In this document: one piece after another, positions 29,059-38,119 of the stretch
Layout of the letters: every line of letters starts with the position of its first letter
How positions within the stretch are numbered: position 1 is the stretch's first letter
IMG/VR virus record: IMGVR_UViG_3300027969_004149
Coordinates: 1-54,289 of that record
DNA from: a virus
Lineage: Duplodnaviria > Caudoviricetes
Reading direction: 5' to 3' (one strand)
DNA length: 54,289 nt
The notes under the pieces: model-generated
The model's database searches: none
The model's input: the letters and a program-made list of their open reading frames with translations, nothing else
Told to the model about the DNA's origin: nothing
Translations under genes and position numbers: made by a program

Positions 29059-29610
29059 ATGAAATTCATAGGAAATTACAGTGACTGGCTCAAACCTGAA
29101 TGGGTCAAATACGTTCTCGAAAACGATGGTAAAGAAATGCCGAAGTGGGAATTCCAAGAAAACGGAATCCTTGATGCAATAGCACGAGGTGAACGTGCTG
29201 AGTTCTGCGAATTTCAAAAAAAATATGAAGAAGTAGGATACCGACATGACTCGTTGTTGTACTATGTATTTGAACAGGACAACTTTCCTTTTGAATTAAC
29301 ATTACCACCATTTGTAGATTTAAAACCCAACCAAGGAGCATATTGGAATCTTTTCAAATACAAACCCGGACACCTATTGCCTATTCACAGTGATAGAATT
29401 CCTAAATTCGAAAAAAATTGTGTTAGATATTGGATGAGTTGGTTAGACTGGCAGGATGGACATATATTAGTATATGAAAACACTATGGTGGCTGACTACA
29501 AGGCAGGTGACACTTTTATATTTCCTAATCCGTTCGGAGTTCACGGTGCTGCAAATATAGGCCTCACTACAAGGATCTCTTTTCAGATTACTGTGTTTGA
29601 TGAAGCCTAA
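29059..29610 (+). CDS. 2OG-Fe(II) oxygenase-like protein (GNY family copy 4)
   Basis: FIGNY, PGHLLPIHSD, VHGAANIG. Confidence 0.75.
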   Translation: MKFIGNYSDWLKPEWVKYVLENDGKEMPKWEFQENGILDAIARGERAEFCEFQKKYEEVGYRHDSLLYYVFEQDNFPFELTLPPFVDLKPNQGAYWNLFKYKPGHLLPIHSDRIPKFEKNCVRYWMSWLDWQDGHILVYENTMVADYKAGDTFIFPNPFGVHGAANIGLTTRISFQITVFDEA

Positions 29611-30382
29611 ACTTTATATCTTTGGTTGCAGTTATAGTATAGGAGAAGAACTTCTCTTAGATGAAATACAACAACTAAATCAGCTGAGGCTGGATACTGC
29701 ACACGACCCTAGGATCTTTTTTCATGCACTTGAAAAAGACACAGAACTATCTAGACAATACCAATCACTGATAGCTAAACAAAAAATATTATCTTGGCCA
29801 AATCTGTTGGCTAGTATGATGAATATGGATTGTATAAACCTAGCAGAAAGTGGTAACAGTCTCGATAAGATGCTTTATCAAATTTCTATTACAGAATTTA
29901 ATAGCAATGATATGATAATCGTTGCCTTAACCAATCCTTATAGATCCATGTACTTCAGTGACACTGCTAAATCATTTCAACTACCTAGTTTAGTCTGGCC
30001 TGTAAAAGACCGATTACTTGGTGTTGGAGCCAACGGTGATTTAGACTATGTTGTCGGTAAAGAAGAAGACAAGGCTATTCTAAAATGGTTTAATGATGAC
30101 CGTGTGATATGGGATCAGATAAAAAATCTTTCAATGTTAGGCTATCTACAAAAGTCTTTAAATCTTTTTGTGGTTCCGGCAATGTCTCGAAAAACATTTG
30201 AATTAAAAAATTATAACTGTCCAGTGTTATTAGATTTATATAATAATTTAGAAAAAACATTGTGCATCACCGATAAAAATCTTGACGAGTTTATAGTAAC
30301 TAGAATGCCTTGGGGGCATCCCGACAAGCCCGCACACACTGCATATGCCGAACATTGTTATGAAATATTGCGGCAACTATAA
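29600..30382 (+). CDS. SGNH hydrolase-like protein
   Basis: IFGCSYS, NLAESGNS, WGHP. Confidence 0.65.
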   Translation: MKPKLYIFGCSYSIGEELLLDEIQQLNQLRLDTAHDPRIFFHALEKDTELSRQYQSLIAKQKILSWPNLLASMMNMDCINLAESGNSLDKMLYQISITEFNSNDMIIVALTNPYRSMYFSDTAKSFQLPSLVWPVKDRLLGVGANGDLDYVVGKEEDKAILKWFNDDRVIWDQIKNLSMLGYLQKSLNLFVVPAMSRKTFELKNYNCPVLLDLYNNLEKTLCITDKNLDEFIVTRMPWGHPDKPAHTAYAEHCYEILRQL

Positions 30383-30926
30383 ACATCTCATTAAACCGCA
30401 TTGGATACAATCAATACTTGAAAGCAAAGGTACATTGATTACTCCGTTTCACGACTACGTAGACAATCCAGCATTAGCAGCTGCCCTTTTGAAACAACGA
30501 TATATTCCAGAAAGAGTCAATGCTAAAAATCAAGAACAACAGAACCTGTTTCTGTCTGGAGTCTATGACAGTAATTTAATTATGGCTGAAATGTTTACGG
30601 CAGATAACTTACCGTTTGAACTCGATCTTGGCGAACTGAATAGATTTCTCATAGGTGATTGGTGGATTATTAAACAGATGCCCGGACAATATATGCCTAT
30701 ACATAGAGATACTGCCAAGCCAGTAAAAAATAATCACAGATTTTGGTTTCCGTGGGCAGACTACGAGCCTGGTCATGTTTTTTTACATCAGGGAAAATTC
30801 ATAGATAATTACAGTGCAGGAGACCTTTTTCAATACAACGAAGATGATGATCTTCATGGATCAGTTAATCTTAGTCTAACTCCAAGAATAATAATGCAAA
30901 TTAGCGAACACGTGATTACATGCTAG
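30360..30926 (+). CDS. 2OG-Fe(II) oxygenase-like protein (GNY family copy 5)
   Basis: YCGNY, PGQYMPIHRD, LHGSVNLS. Confidence 0.75.
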   Translation: MKYCGNYKHLIKPHWIQSILESKGTLITPFHDYVDNPALAAALLKQRYIPERVNAKNQEQQNLFLSGVYDSNLIMAEMFTADNLPFELDLGELNRFLIGDWWIIKQMPGQYMPIHRDTAKPVKNNHRFWFPWADYEPGHVFLHQGKFIDNYSAGDLFQYNEDDDLHGSVNLSLTPRIIMQISEHVITC

Positions 30927-31714
30927 ATAAATTAAAAACAGAATTAATATTGGACTGGAGACAGTGGGTTGACCATTTTGATAAATTTGTAGGAAACAAT
31001 CCCAGAGACCCAGAAGAAAAATTGTGGCAGTATCGACATCATCAAGACTATTGCACATGGATGATCAATGACGAAAATATCTGGACTATAAGTTATCAAT
31101 ACGTGCATTGTTTAGACGAATCTGGAAAAATGTTTTGCTTACAATCCGATGTGGCAAGTAAAAGAACATCTCTAGAAAACTATCAAACAATATATCAAGC
31201 AGCAGATAAAAATCATTTACCGATATTAAATCACAAAAAAATCATCGACGGTGATCTTCTTTACACAGAATTTTCTAGTCCGCAAAACTGTTTAGGATAT
31301 CCGCCGGCGTATAATCTCATCGAGATCATGACTAAAAGTCAAAATGTCTCAGAAGAGTTTATAGCGTATCTAATAAAAATAATTGATGCTCACTATTGGT
31401 TAGTGGAACTGTGTTTAAAATTAGATTTGCCTTTCTACGAAAATCATCATGTGCTGGTAAATCATTTTTTATATCAAGACGAAATTTATTTCAAAGACAC
31501 GTTATTTTATTTCACATCAGAAAACAGACAGGAAATTGAAATGATAGCACATAGTTGGATGACCACCCTTGACGGGTTTAGAAGAGCACAGGGAATAATT
31601 AGTGCCTATAGATCGAGAGATGATGCTTCCGAAGAAACTGTTAAAGAAATATATCAAGCAATTGATAACTTAATCGATTATTCTTATACAAAATGTCAAA
31701 AATTAAAGAATTAA
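30920..31714 (+). CDS. hypothetical protein
   Basis: ORF overlapping its neighbours; weak kinase-like segment NHFLYQDEIYFKD. Confidence 0.65.
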   Translation: MLDKLKTELILDWRQWVDHFDKFVGNNPRDPEEKLWQYRHHQDYCTWMINDENIWTISYQYVHCLDESGKMFCLQSDVASKRTSLENYQTIYQAADKNHLPILNHKKIIDGDLLYTEFSSPQNCLGYPPAYNLIEIMTKSQNVSEEFIAYLIKIIDAHYWLVELCLKLDLPFYENHHVLVNHFLYQDEIYFKDTLFYFTSENRQEIEMIAHSWMTTLDGFRRAQGIISAYRSRDDASEETVKEIYQAIDNLIDYSYTKCQKLKN

Positions 31715-31908
31715 ACAGTGTTATCAAGCATTGGCAAAATGACGAAGCTGTGATTTCTCTTGAAACTAATTTTTATATTTTCAGAGAGGCCCAAGGTACA
31801 GGCACCGAGCTATACTACGACTTTACTATATGGGAATGGAATTCCCATATCATTAAAATTTTAGAGGTAGGTGTGCATCCGGAAGCCCCAGCCGACCGTG
31901 AACAATGA
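31693..31908 (+). CDS. hypothetical protein
   Basis: Short ORF filling the end of the operon. Confidence 0.5.
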   Translation: MSKIKELNSVIKHWQNDEAVISLETNFYIFREAQGTGTELYYDFTIWEWNSHIIKILEVGVHPEAPADREQ

Positions 31909-32518
31909 CATTTTTTAATGTGTTGAATCTGCCCACTACGATCTCTACACTTAAATTATAATCACCGACCTGTTGTTTTATTTCTTCTTCGGTGAACGCT
32001 GCTAATAGACTGTTGTAAAAATCTTGTTTGAAACTTTCAGGGTCATTCTCTGCATACTGCTCTACAATCAGACGAGCCTGCGATTCTGATTCAGGTCGCA
32101 ACATATCTGTCACTAGAACGTTGCTTCCTAGTCTACAAACAATTTTCCAAAACTCTTCGGGGTCGTGTTGGTGATGCAGTGTATTAGTAGAAATAACAAC
32201 ATCAGCAGCGTCACGTATGTTTTCAAATTGAGAACAAAACAGTTGAATAGGCTGATCTATAACACGTTGTCGAGCAAGATCGATCATAGGTTGACTACCA
32301 TCATATCCGGTAATAGCTAAACTAGGGTAAACTCTACTGAGTGCTGAGATGTATTCCGCTGGGCCGCAGCCGAGATCTATCACTGATCCTGTGGCGATCG
32401 ATACATATTCTTCCCATTGTTTCAGAAAAGCTTTGATGCTGTATGACTTGTCTCCTTGCTGAAATGCCTCTACCTGCTGCGAGGAACACATTAATTCTGG
32501 TTCGATGGTTCTGCGCAT
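31853..32518 (-). CDS. class I SAM-dependent methyltransferase
   Basis: VIDLGCGPA, GYDGS, TLHH, DMLRP. Confidence 0.9.
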   Translation of the reverse strand: MRRTIEPELMCSSQQVEAFQQGDKSYSIKAFLKQWEEYVSIATGSVIDLGCGPAEYISALSRVYPSLAITGYDGSQPMIDLARQRVIDQPIQLFCSQFENIRDAADVVISTNTLHHQHDPEEFWKIVCRLGSNVLVTDMLRPESESQARLIVEQYAENDPESFKQDFYNSLLAAFTEEEIKQQVGDYNLSVEIVVGRFNTLKNVIVHGRLGLPDAHLPLKF

Positions 32519-33096
32519 ATATTTGTTCCTATCATAACTCTGTCTTGCCCCTGGTTAGGCAAAGTTTTATGATTCAACCAGCCTGGAAATATTATTAAAT
32601 CCCCACTCTCCCCATCTATCTGTTGTTCAAATAGTGTATGGTAAGTGTTTTTGTCTATGTGATAAGGTTGATGTTTCAATAATGTAGATAGCGGATTTTC
32701 GTAAACTATATTTCCTATTCCGGATTTTTTACAAAGATAAAAACTAGAGGTCATGACTCTCGGTGCATGATTATGGAGATCAATAAACGAATCGGATTTG
32801 TAGATGTTGCACCACATTTCAATTACTTTAGGTTTGAAATAAGCATCATATCCTATGTCTTTCCAATATATTGCAGCATGTTGTTCTATGAACAATTTTA
32901 TTTCTTCGAACTCTGGTAGCATATGCAGATCTCTTCGATCCACATAGGTACAAACTCCCTCGCCACGCATGGATCCCTGATTGTTTGATTTCACAGATTC
33001 GAAGTCGATAATATTATAGAGATTGTCAACTATAGAATCAAGGTCGCCTTGATATTGTGTTTTATAAATTTTAACAGGAAAAAGATCAATTATCAT
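32491..33096 (-). CDS. 2OG-Fe(II) oxygenase (PF13759-like)
   Basis: LFP start, LHNH, IIFPGWLNHKT, RVMIGTN. Confidence 0.8.
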   Translation of the reverse strand: MIIDLFPVKIYKTQYQGDLDSIVDNLYNIIDFESVKSNNQGSMRGEGVCTYVDRRDLHMLPEFEEIKLFIEQHAAIYWKDIGYDAYFKPKVIEMWCNIYKSDSFIDLHNHAPRVMTSSFYLCKKSGIGNIVYENPLSTLLKHQPYHIDKNTYHTLFEQQIDGESGDLIIFPGWLNHKTLPNQGQDRVMIGTNICAEPSNQN

Positions 33097-34145
33097 TTTT
33101 TTAAAGCGTATGCAGGTATTGCATACTCCTCTCCGTTTAGGTTAATTTTTACGTATCTAATCTTGTTAAAATCTAACACAAACACAGCATTATCTACAGT
33201 GTCTAAATTTAAATTTAATTCTTGATTTACTTCTAGGCCATAGTAGGCATACAACTGCCCATCATTAGATATCTTTACCCTACAGGTAGGAGGACCAAAG
33301 GGTGTATCTCTTGTAACCCAATTCATACTCACAGGCACGAATCCCTTTTCAGGAACTCCGTCGATGATTGCGGTCTGTGCCATACCCCATTCCCAATCTT
33401 GAGATTCGCAGGGCTTTGCCAACCAGTCAAACGCAAATATAAAATCTCCTTGTTTGCAAGGTTTAGGTTCAGCAGGGGTTCCTCTCCATCTAGTAAACGC
33501 CATCCAGGATGCTTGTGTGCCGTTGTCGTCAAAGCTGTCTATTCTTAAACTTGGCTGTTTGAAATTTCCTTGATGCTGTATCTTTACAGCAGTGCTTTTT
33601 GTGTTTATAGTCAAAGGAAAATCATAATCATATCGGCATCCGCCGCCGGTGCCATTAAGAAAACTTTGATTTGTACCTTCCCATTCAGGTGTGTGGTTAG
33701 AGCCGTAGTCTATAACAATGCTGCCGTCTTTGATAGTTAATAGATTTTTTTCTTCTGGATCAAATGATTTGAATTGAGGAGCAATAATAGTACCGTCTGG
33801 TGCTATAGTTACAAACTGCTCCTTGGATATTCCTGAACAAGACCCTAACACCAAGGAAGCTGCAACTAAATCTTTACCCTCTAGAGCCGACTTGTCATCA
33901 ACATAAGCTCCAATGAAAGCTGCATTTACAAACGGATCTACTTTACCATCTGTGTAAGCATTAAACTTTATTACTCCTAAGCTATCTTTGTTATGAACAA
34001 CTTTGGGATTCTCAATACTGCCTCGACTGGCAGCTAATCGCAGGGAAGGTTGCTTACCAAAAAGACCGTTAGTAATACCTTGTATTGTTAAAGGAGTGGC
34101 AGAACTATCACCTTTGATTGTGATTTCAATTTGTTCATTGTTCAC
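33093..34145 (-). CDS. fibre-domain-like protein related to the 7791 protein
   Basis: QPSLRLAASRGSIENPKVVHNKDSLGVIKF matches QPVLSFRAARGSIASPTIVQDLDSLGLISF in the fibre. Confidence 0.6.
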   Translation of the reverse strand: MNNEQIEITIKGDSSATPLTIQGITNGLFGKQPSLRLAASRGSIENPKVVHNKDSLGVIKFNAYTDGKVDPFVNAAFIGAYVDDKSALEGKDLVAASLVLGSCSGISKEQFVTIAPDGTIIAPQFKSFDPEEKNLLTIKDGSIVIDYGSNHTPEWEGTNQSFLNGTGGGCRYDYDFPLTINTKSTAVKIQHQGNFKQPSLRIDSFDDNGTQASWMAFTRWRGTPAEPKPCKQGDFIFAFDWLAKPCESQDWEWGMAQTAIIDGVPEKGFVPVSMNWVTRDTPFGPPTCRVKISNDGQLYAYYGLEVNQELNLNLDTVDNAVFVLDFNKIRYVKINLNGEEYAIPAYALKK

Positions 34146-34229
34146 TCCTAAAATTTGATTCTGAGAAATAATTGTATACTCCGGGGATATGAATAACTAC
34201 TTATACAATAATAATCTATTAATAAGACA

Positions 34230-34835
34230 ATGCGACTAGACATTTCACCAATACGTAACAATCTATCAAGCCTTCAATTGACGTTAAACAGCCCAAAAAG
34301 TATTGTGATAGAGCAACTTGAAAAAGAAAATTGGATTGAACATAAAGAATCCAAGGTCAAAGCTAACAACGGGCATGATAATAGATCAGTGTTACCGCAA
34401 CCACAAAGTCCTGTGTTGAAAGATCTTCTGGCTTTTATCAGTTCAGATACAGTTAAAAGACAAATAATTGCACAACTGTATCGAGACTTTCCTCATATTA
34501 GTTCGTTATGGGAGGGGTGGTCTCAGGATCAAATGAACACCCATACTGTTTGGGGCGGACAATTTTTAAAAGACAATCCAGGTTTTTATTTAGAAACACA
34601 TCTAGACACAAGATTGCAAGTGGCAACTGGCCTAATATATCTCAATGACACTGATGATGTCGACTGGTCTACATTCTATTACACCGACAAATCCAAGACA
34701 GATGAGTTAAGAATTTCCAATAACTTCGGGCAAGGTGTACTACATATTAATGATCATGATACTTGGCATGAGGGATACAATAGAACAAACAAGGATAGGT
34801 ACTTAATGATTGTAGGGTTGCTAATAAATGTCTAA
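34230..34835 (+). CDS. 2OG-Fe(II) oxygenase
   Basis: PGFYLETHLD, LIYLN, TWHEG..R. Confidence 0.75.
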   Translation: MRLDISPIRNNLSSLQLTLNSPKSIVIEQLEKENWIEHKESKVKANNGHDNRSVLPQPQSPVLKDLLAFISSDTVKRQIIAQLYRDFPHISSLWEGWSQDQMNTHTVWGGQFLKDNPGFYLETHLDTRLQVATGLIYLNDTDDVDWSTFYYTDKSKTDELRISNNFGQGVLHINDHDTWHEGYNRTNKDRYLMIVGLLINV

Positions 34836-35253
34836 AGATTTAAAATTTTGGATTGATGAATTAATCAAACCAAGAACAGAACTAGGAAACTTACCAGTCT
34901 GTCCTTTTGCCAAAGGCGTCGACTTCGATATAGTAGAATCGTCCGGCGAGGATATCGTACCGCCTGCTGAAGATTTTGAACTTGTTGTGTATATGTTACC
35001 AGAAGATATTACAGTAGATCAAATAAATCATCTATCCGAAAAATATAATCAACAATATCCTGATATTATTTTTCTACCCGACCATAAAGATAGAAAAACT
35101 TTCATTAATGGTGTACAAACTAATAATGGCAAACACAATCTTTTACTATGTCAATTACGATCACGATTAAAAATAGCTAGAGACAAATTGAAAAAAAGCA
35201 ATTACTATAGCTATTGGACTGAAGACTACCTTAAAGAAATATTAGATCATTAA
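34828..35253 (+). CDS. hypothetical protein (DUF1415-like CPFA motif)
   Basis: LPVCPFAK; C-terminal YYSYW. Confidence 0.55.
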   Translation: MSKDLKFWIDELIKPRTELGNLPVCPFAKGVDFDIVESSGEDIVPPAEDFELVVYMLPEDITVDQINHLSEKYNQQYPDIIFLPDHKDRKTFINGVQTNNGKHNLLLCQLRSRLKIARDKLKKSNYYSYWTEDYLKEILDH

Positions 35254-35753
35254 TCTAATTTCAAACAGGTCAGTTCTAATACAGTATATCCTTGAGAATT
35301 CTCTATTGTGCTGACAGCAAACTCGGCCCATTTAAAAAAAGTTTGATCATCATTTTCATGAACACCAGTTTTAAGTAACGTCAATGAAGGATATCGATGT
35401 CTCATAAGACATTGCCAATGAGCAGTTTCTAATTTTCTTTTATTATCAAGATTTTCTGATGTTTTGTCTAAGAATAAAGTGTTAATGGAACTAATGTTTA
35501 CGATACGTTTGTTAGGTGTACCTTCCCAAATATTCCAAACATCATTGAGTAAATTAATCTGATCGAAAGATGTATTTACAAATGTGTCACAATCAATTAT
35601 TGCCTTTACTGCATTCTTTCTTTGCTCTGAATCAGAGAGGTCGAATCCCGTAGCACGTGAGATGCCCACTATCGAATAACCTAAATTAGAATATGCGGCA
35701 GACATGGCTCGACCGACTGGGCCAAGATGGGCAGTGATAGCTACTGTTTTCAT
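35250..35753 (-). CDS. short SDR-like Rossmann-fold protein
   Basis: VAITAHLGPVGRA, GISRATGFDL, IVNISS; canonical YxxxK not evident. Confidence 0.6.
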   Translation of the reverse strand: MKTVAITAHLGPVGRAMSAAYSNLGYSIVGISRATGFDLSDSEQRKNAVKAIIDCDTFVNTSFDQINLLNDVWNIWEGTPNKRIVNISSINTLFLDKTSENLDNKRKLETAHWQCLMRHRYPSLTLLKTGVHENDDQTFFKWAEFAVSTIENSQGYTVLELTCLKLD

Positions 35754-35778
35754 TAAATATTTCGCAAAACATTATTTA
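35754..35778. promoter_or_regulatory. crossed divergent TAAATA pair
   Basis: TAAATA 35754-35759 (plus) and TATTTA 35773-35778 (minus). Confidence 0.55.
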
Positions 35779-35789
35779 ACAAGGGCATT

Positions 35790-36872
35790 ATGAGTATCTA
35801 TACAAATTGGGATCCGTTAGAAGAAGTCATTGTAGGAAACTGCAATACTGAAATACCATTAGATTGGAATATTGAATCAGAAGCACGACCTTTAATAAAT
35901 CGAATATTACAAGAAACCAAAGAAGATTTAGATAATTTAGCAAAAATCTTACAAGGCCTAGGAGTGAAAGTTCATAGACCTATACCTAATCGATTCCCAG
36001 AGAAAATAGAACTACCGACATTTAGTGTGTTCTATGCTACTAATCCTATCGTTCCGAGAGATCAATATCTAGCCTATGGTAATACCATCTATCAAACATA
36101 TACCAGTATGCCTGATAGATACTTTGATTCATTTAATTACTATGAAATATTCAAATCTCTATACGATCAAGGATATAATTGGATCAGCCAGCCGCCGCCG
36201 ATGATTAACAACTTCGAAGGAAAGAAATGGTTTGTTGACGGCCCAACGATTTATGGAGAAGATTACAAAGACAAGGTGCTGTGGCATGCTGCTACTATGT
36301 ATAAGTGTGGTGATGCATTGATAACTAACAACGCAGGCCCGGGGTCGCAAGCAGGATTAGAGTGGATGAAAAGAAATATCGATGCAGACATTGTTTACAA
36401 CCATGATACAAAGGTTAATAACTGGGGACATATCGATCACGGTTTTTATATGGTCGATGATAATACAGTGTTATGCATGGATCCAAGTTGGGTTCCGATT
36501 TGCCTGCGTAATAAAAACATCATCGACCTATCAGGAAAGTTTGAAAAATTTCCGTACCAAGATTTTATAAAGCAAACTAAACAAATTCGTTCTAAAGATC
36601 ATGTGTCATTAGAATGGTTAAATGTTTGGCTACAAGAATGGAAAGGATATGCTCAAGATGTTGCGTTTGAAACTAATGTGTTAGTGGTAGACTCACGCAA
36701 TATCATTTGCTCTGCCGTTCAGCCCGAAGTGTTTGCTATGTTATCTAAAATTGGAATAACCTGTCATGTAGCTTCTATTAGACACGCACTGTTTTGGGAG
36801 GCCGGAATTCATTGCCTTACGTTGGACCTAAAAAGAAGAGGTAATAAAAGATCTATTGTCGAAAAGAACTGA
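35790..36872 (+). CDS. amidinotransferase (glycine/inosamine-phosphate amidinotransferase family)
   Basis: WDPLEEVIVG, PRD, GHID, NVLVVD, GIHCLTLD catalytic Cys. Confidence 0.9.
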   Translation: MSIYTNWDPLEEVIVGNCNTEIPLDWNIESEARPLINRILQETKEDLDNLAKILQGLGVKVHRPIPNRFPEKIELPTFSVFYATNPIVPRDQYLAYGNTIYQTYTSMPDRYFDSFNYYEIFKSLYDQGYNWISQPPPMINNFEGKKWFVDGPTIYGEDYKDKVLWHAATMYKCGDALITNNAGPGSQAGLEWMKRNIDADIVYNHDTKVNNWGHIDHGFYMVDDNTVLCMDPSWVPICLRNKNIIDLSGKFEKFPYQDFIKQTKQIRSKDHVSLEWLNVWLQEWKGYAQDVAFETNVLVVDSRNIICSAVQPEVFAMLSKIGITCHVASIRHALFWEAGIHCLTLDLKRRGNKRSIVEKN

Positions 36873-38049
36873 TCAATCTTGTTTTTAATTTATTAAAATA
36901 CTCTGCATCTGCATTTAAAGGTATCATTAACAACAAATGATCAAGCGAAGGAGTCCACAGCCCAGCATTAAGTCCGTTTTTATAATAAACTTTTTCTTGG
37001 GTTAGTGGGGTATCTATATCAAATAGCAATCCGTAATTTCTATAATCGAAAATAATTTTTTCATGCTTTAATTCTTCCATTATACTGATAGCATTTGTTA
37101 ATATTGCATTAAAATTATCAAGATGATTTTCTTTTTCTAGAACGTCTATGTACTTTTGTGTACAATAGATTCCACTTAAAGAAAAAGAATAGGTAAACCC
37201 ATAACTTAAAAATCCGTGTTTTACTACTTCGTTGATTCTCTCAGATACTAAACATGCACTTAACGGAAAATATCCTCCTGAGAAGGCTTTACCTGAAGTA
37301 AAAATATCTGGTGCGAAACGTTTATCAAATCCAAAGAATGTACCTGTCTTGCCGCCACCGGTGGCAATGTCATCATAGATTAACACCACATCTTTTTCTT
37401 TGCACAAGAGCTGTAATCTATTCCAAAAAGTATCGCTAAACCGTTTCAAACTATTTGACCATGAGCAGGGTTCAATTATTATACACGCTGCTTGAGAACT
37501 ATGAGATTCAATGTCATTTAAAATTTCGTCTTCTGATTGTTCTCTGTCAATCTGAATACAGAATGGATGCGGAGTCATGCTAGCAGCCATAAAATTCATA
37601 TTACCTATACTAGACGATAAATGTGTACTACCATGATAAGAATTTTGTATTCCTAATATATGATGCCTTTTTTGTTCTTTACATTTATGATATAGCATTG
37701 CAATCTTCACAGCACCTTCCACAGCATCGCTTCCGGATAAAGCAAATACAGATCGGTACCCGCCACTTAATTCATATAGTTTCTCTGTCAAGTCGATCAC
37801 AGACTGGTTAGTAGACATATACTCACCGCTCACAAAAGGGTTTTCTAACATCTTTTGATTTACATAATTTATAAAATCATGTCTATCAAACCCAAGCAAA
37901 AAAGCTCCACCGTTTCCTAGACTAAGATCTATAATTTCTCGATCATTTTCTATAAATCCAAATTGAGTATATTTCTGTATTTTTCTTGCCTTAGAGTGAT
38001 CTGCGTTTTCGTTGAACGGAAAAAGCAATTTTAAATTTTGATTGGTCAT
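36853..38049 (-). CDS. class III PLP-dependent aminotransferase
   Basis: SGSDAVEGA, SYHG, IIEP, DDIATGGGKTG, PDI..GKAFSGGYFPLSA. Confidence 0.9.
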   Translation of the reverse strand: MTNQNLKLLFPFNENADHSKARKIQKYTQFGFIENDREIIDLSLGNGGAFLLGFDRHDFINYVNQKMLENPFVSGEYMSTNQSVIDLTEKLYELSGGYRSVFALSGSDAVEGAVKIAMLYHKCKEQKRHHILGIQNSYHGSTHLSSSIGNMNFMAASMTPHPFCIQIDREQSEDEILNDIESHSSQAACIIIEPCSWSNSLKRFSDTFWNRLQLLCKEKDVVLIYDDIATGGGKTGTFFGFDKRFAPDIFTSGKAFSGGYFPLSACLVSERINEVVKHGFLSYGFTYSFSLSGIYCTQKYIDVLEKENHLDNFNAILTNAISIMEELKHEKIIFDYRNYGLLFDIDTPLTQEKVYYKNGLNAGLWTPSLDHLLLMIPLNADAEYFNKLKTRLISSFRQ

Positions 38050-38077
38050 AATTTTTCTTTAAGAAGGCAAACTTGTT

Positions 38078-38113
38078 TATTTAATTTGCAGGGTATTTAG
38101 CTATCGATAAATA
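38078..38113. promoter_or_regulatory. divergent TAAATA motifs
   Basis: TATTTA at 38078 and 38094 (minus); TAAATA 38108-38113, 6 nt before ATG 38120. Confidence 0.55.
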
Positions 38114-38119
38114 TCGTAA

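Noticed and set aside
34155-34180. sigma70 promoter TTGATT...TATACT in the divergent spacer
   Set aside because: The spacer is only 14 nt. This region also lacks an exact TAAATA (only ATAACTA/ATAAGTA-like variants), so no promoter is called.
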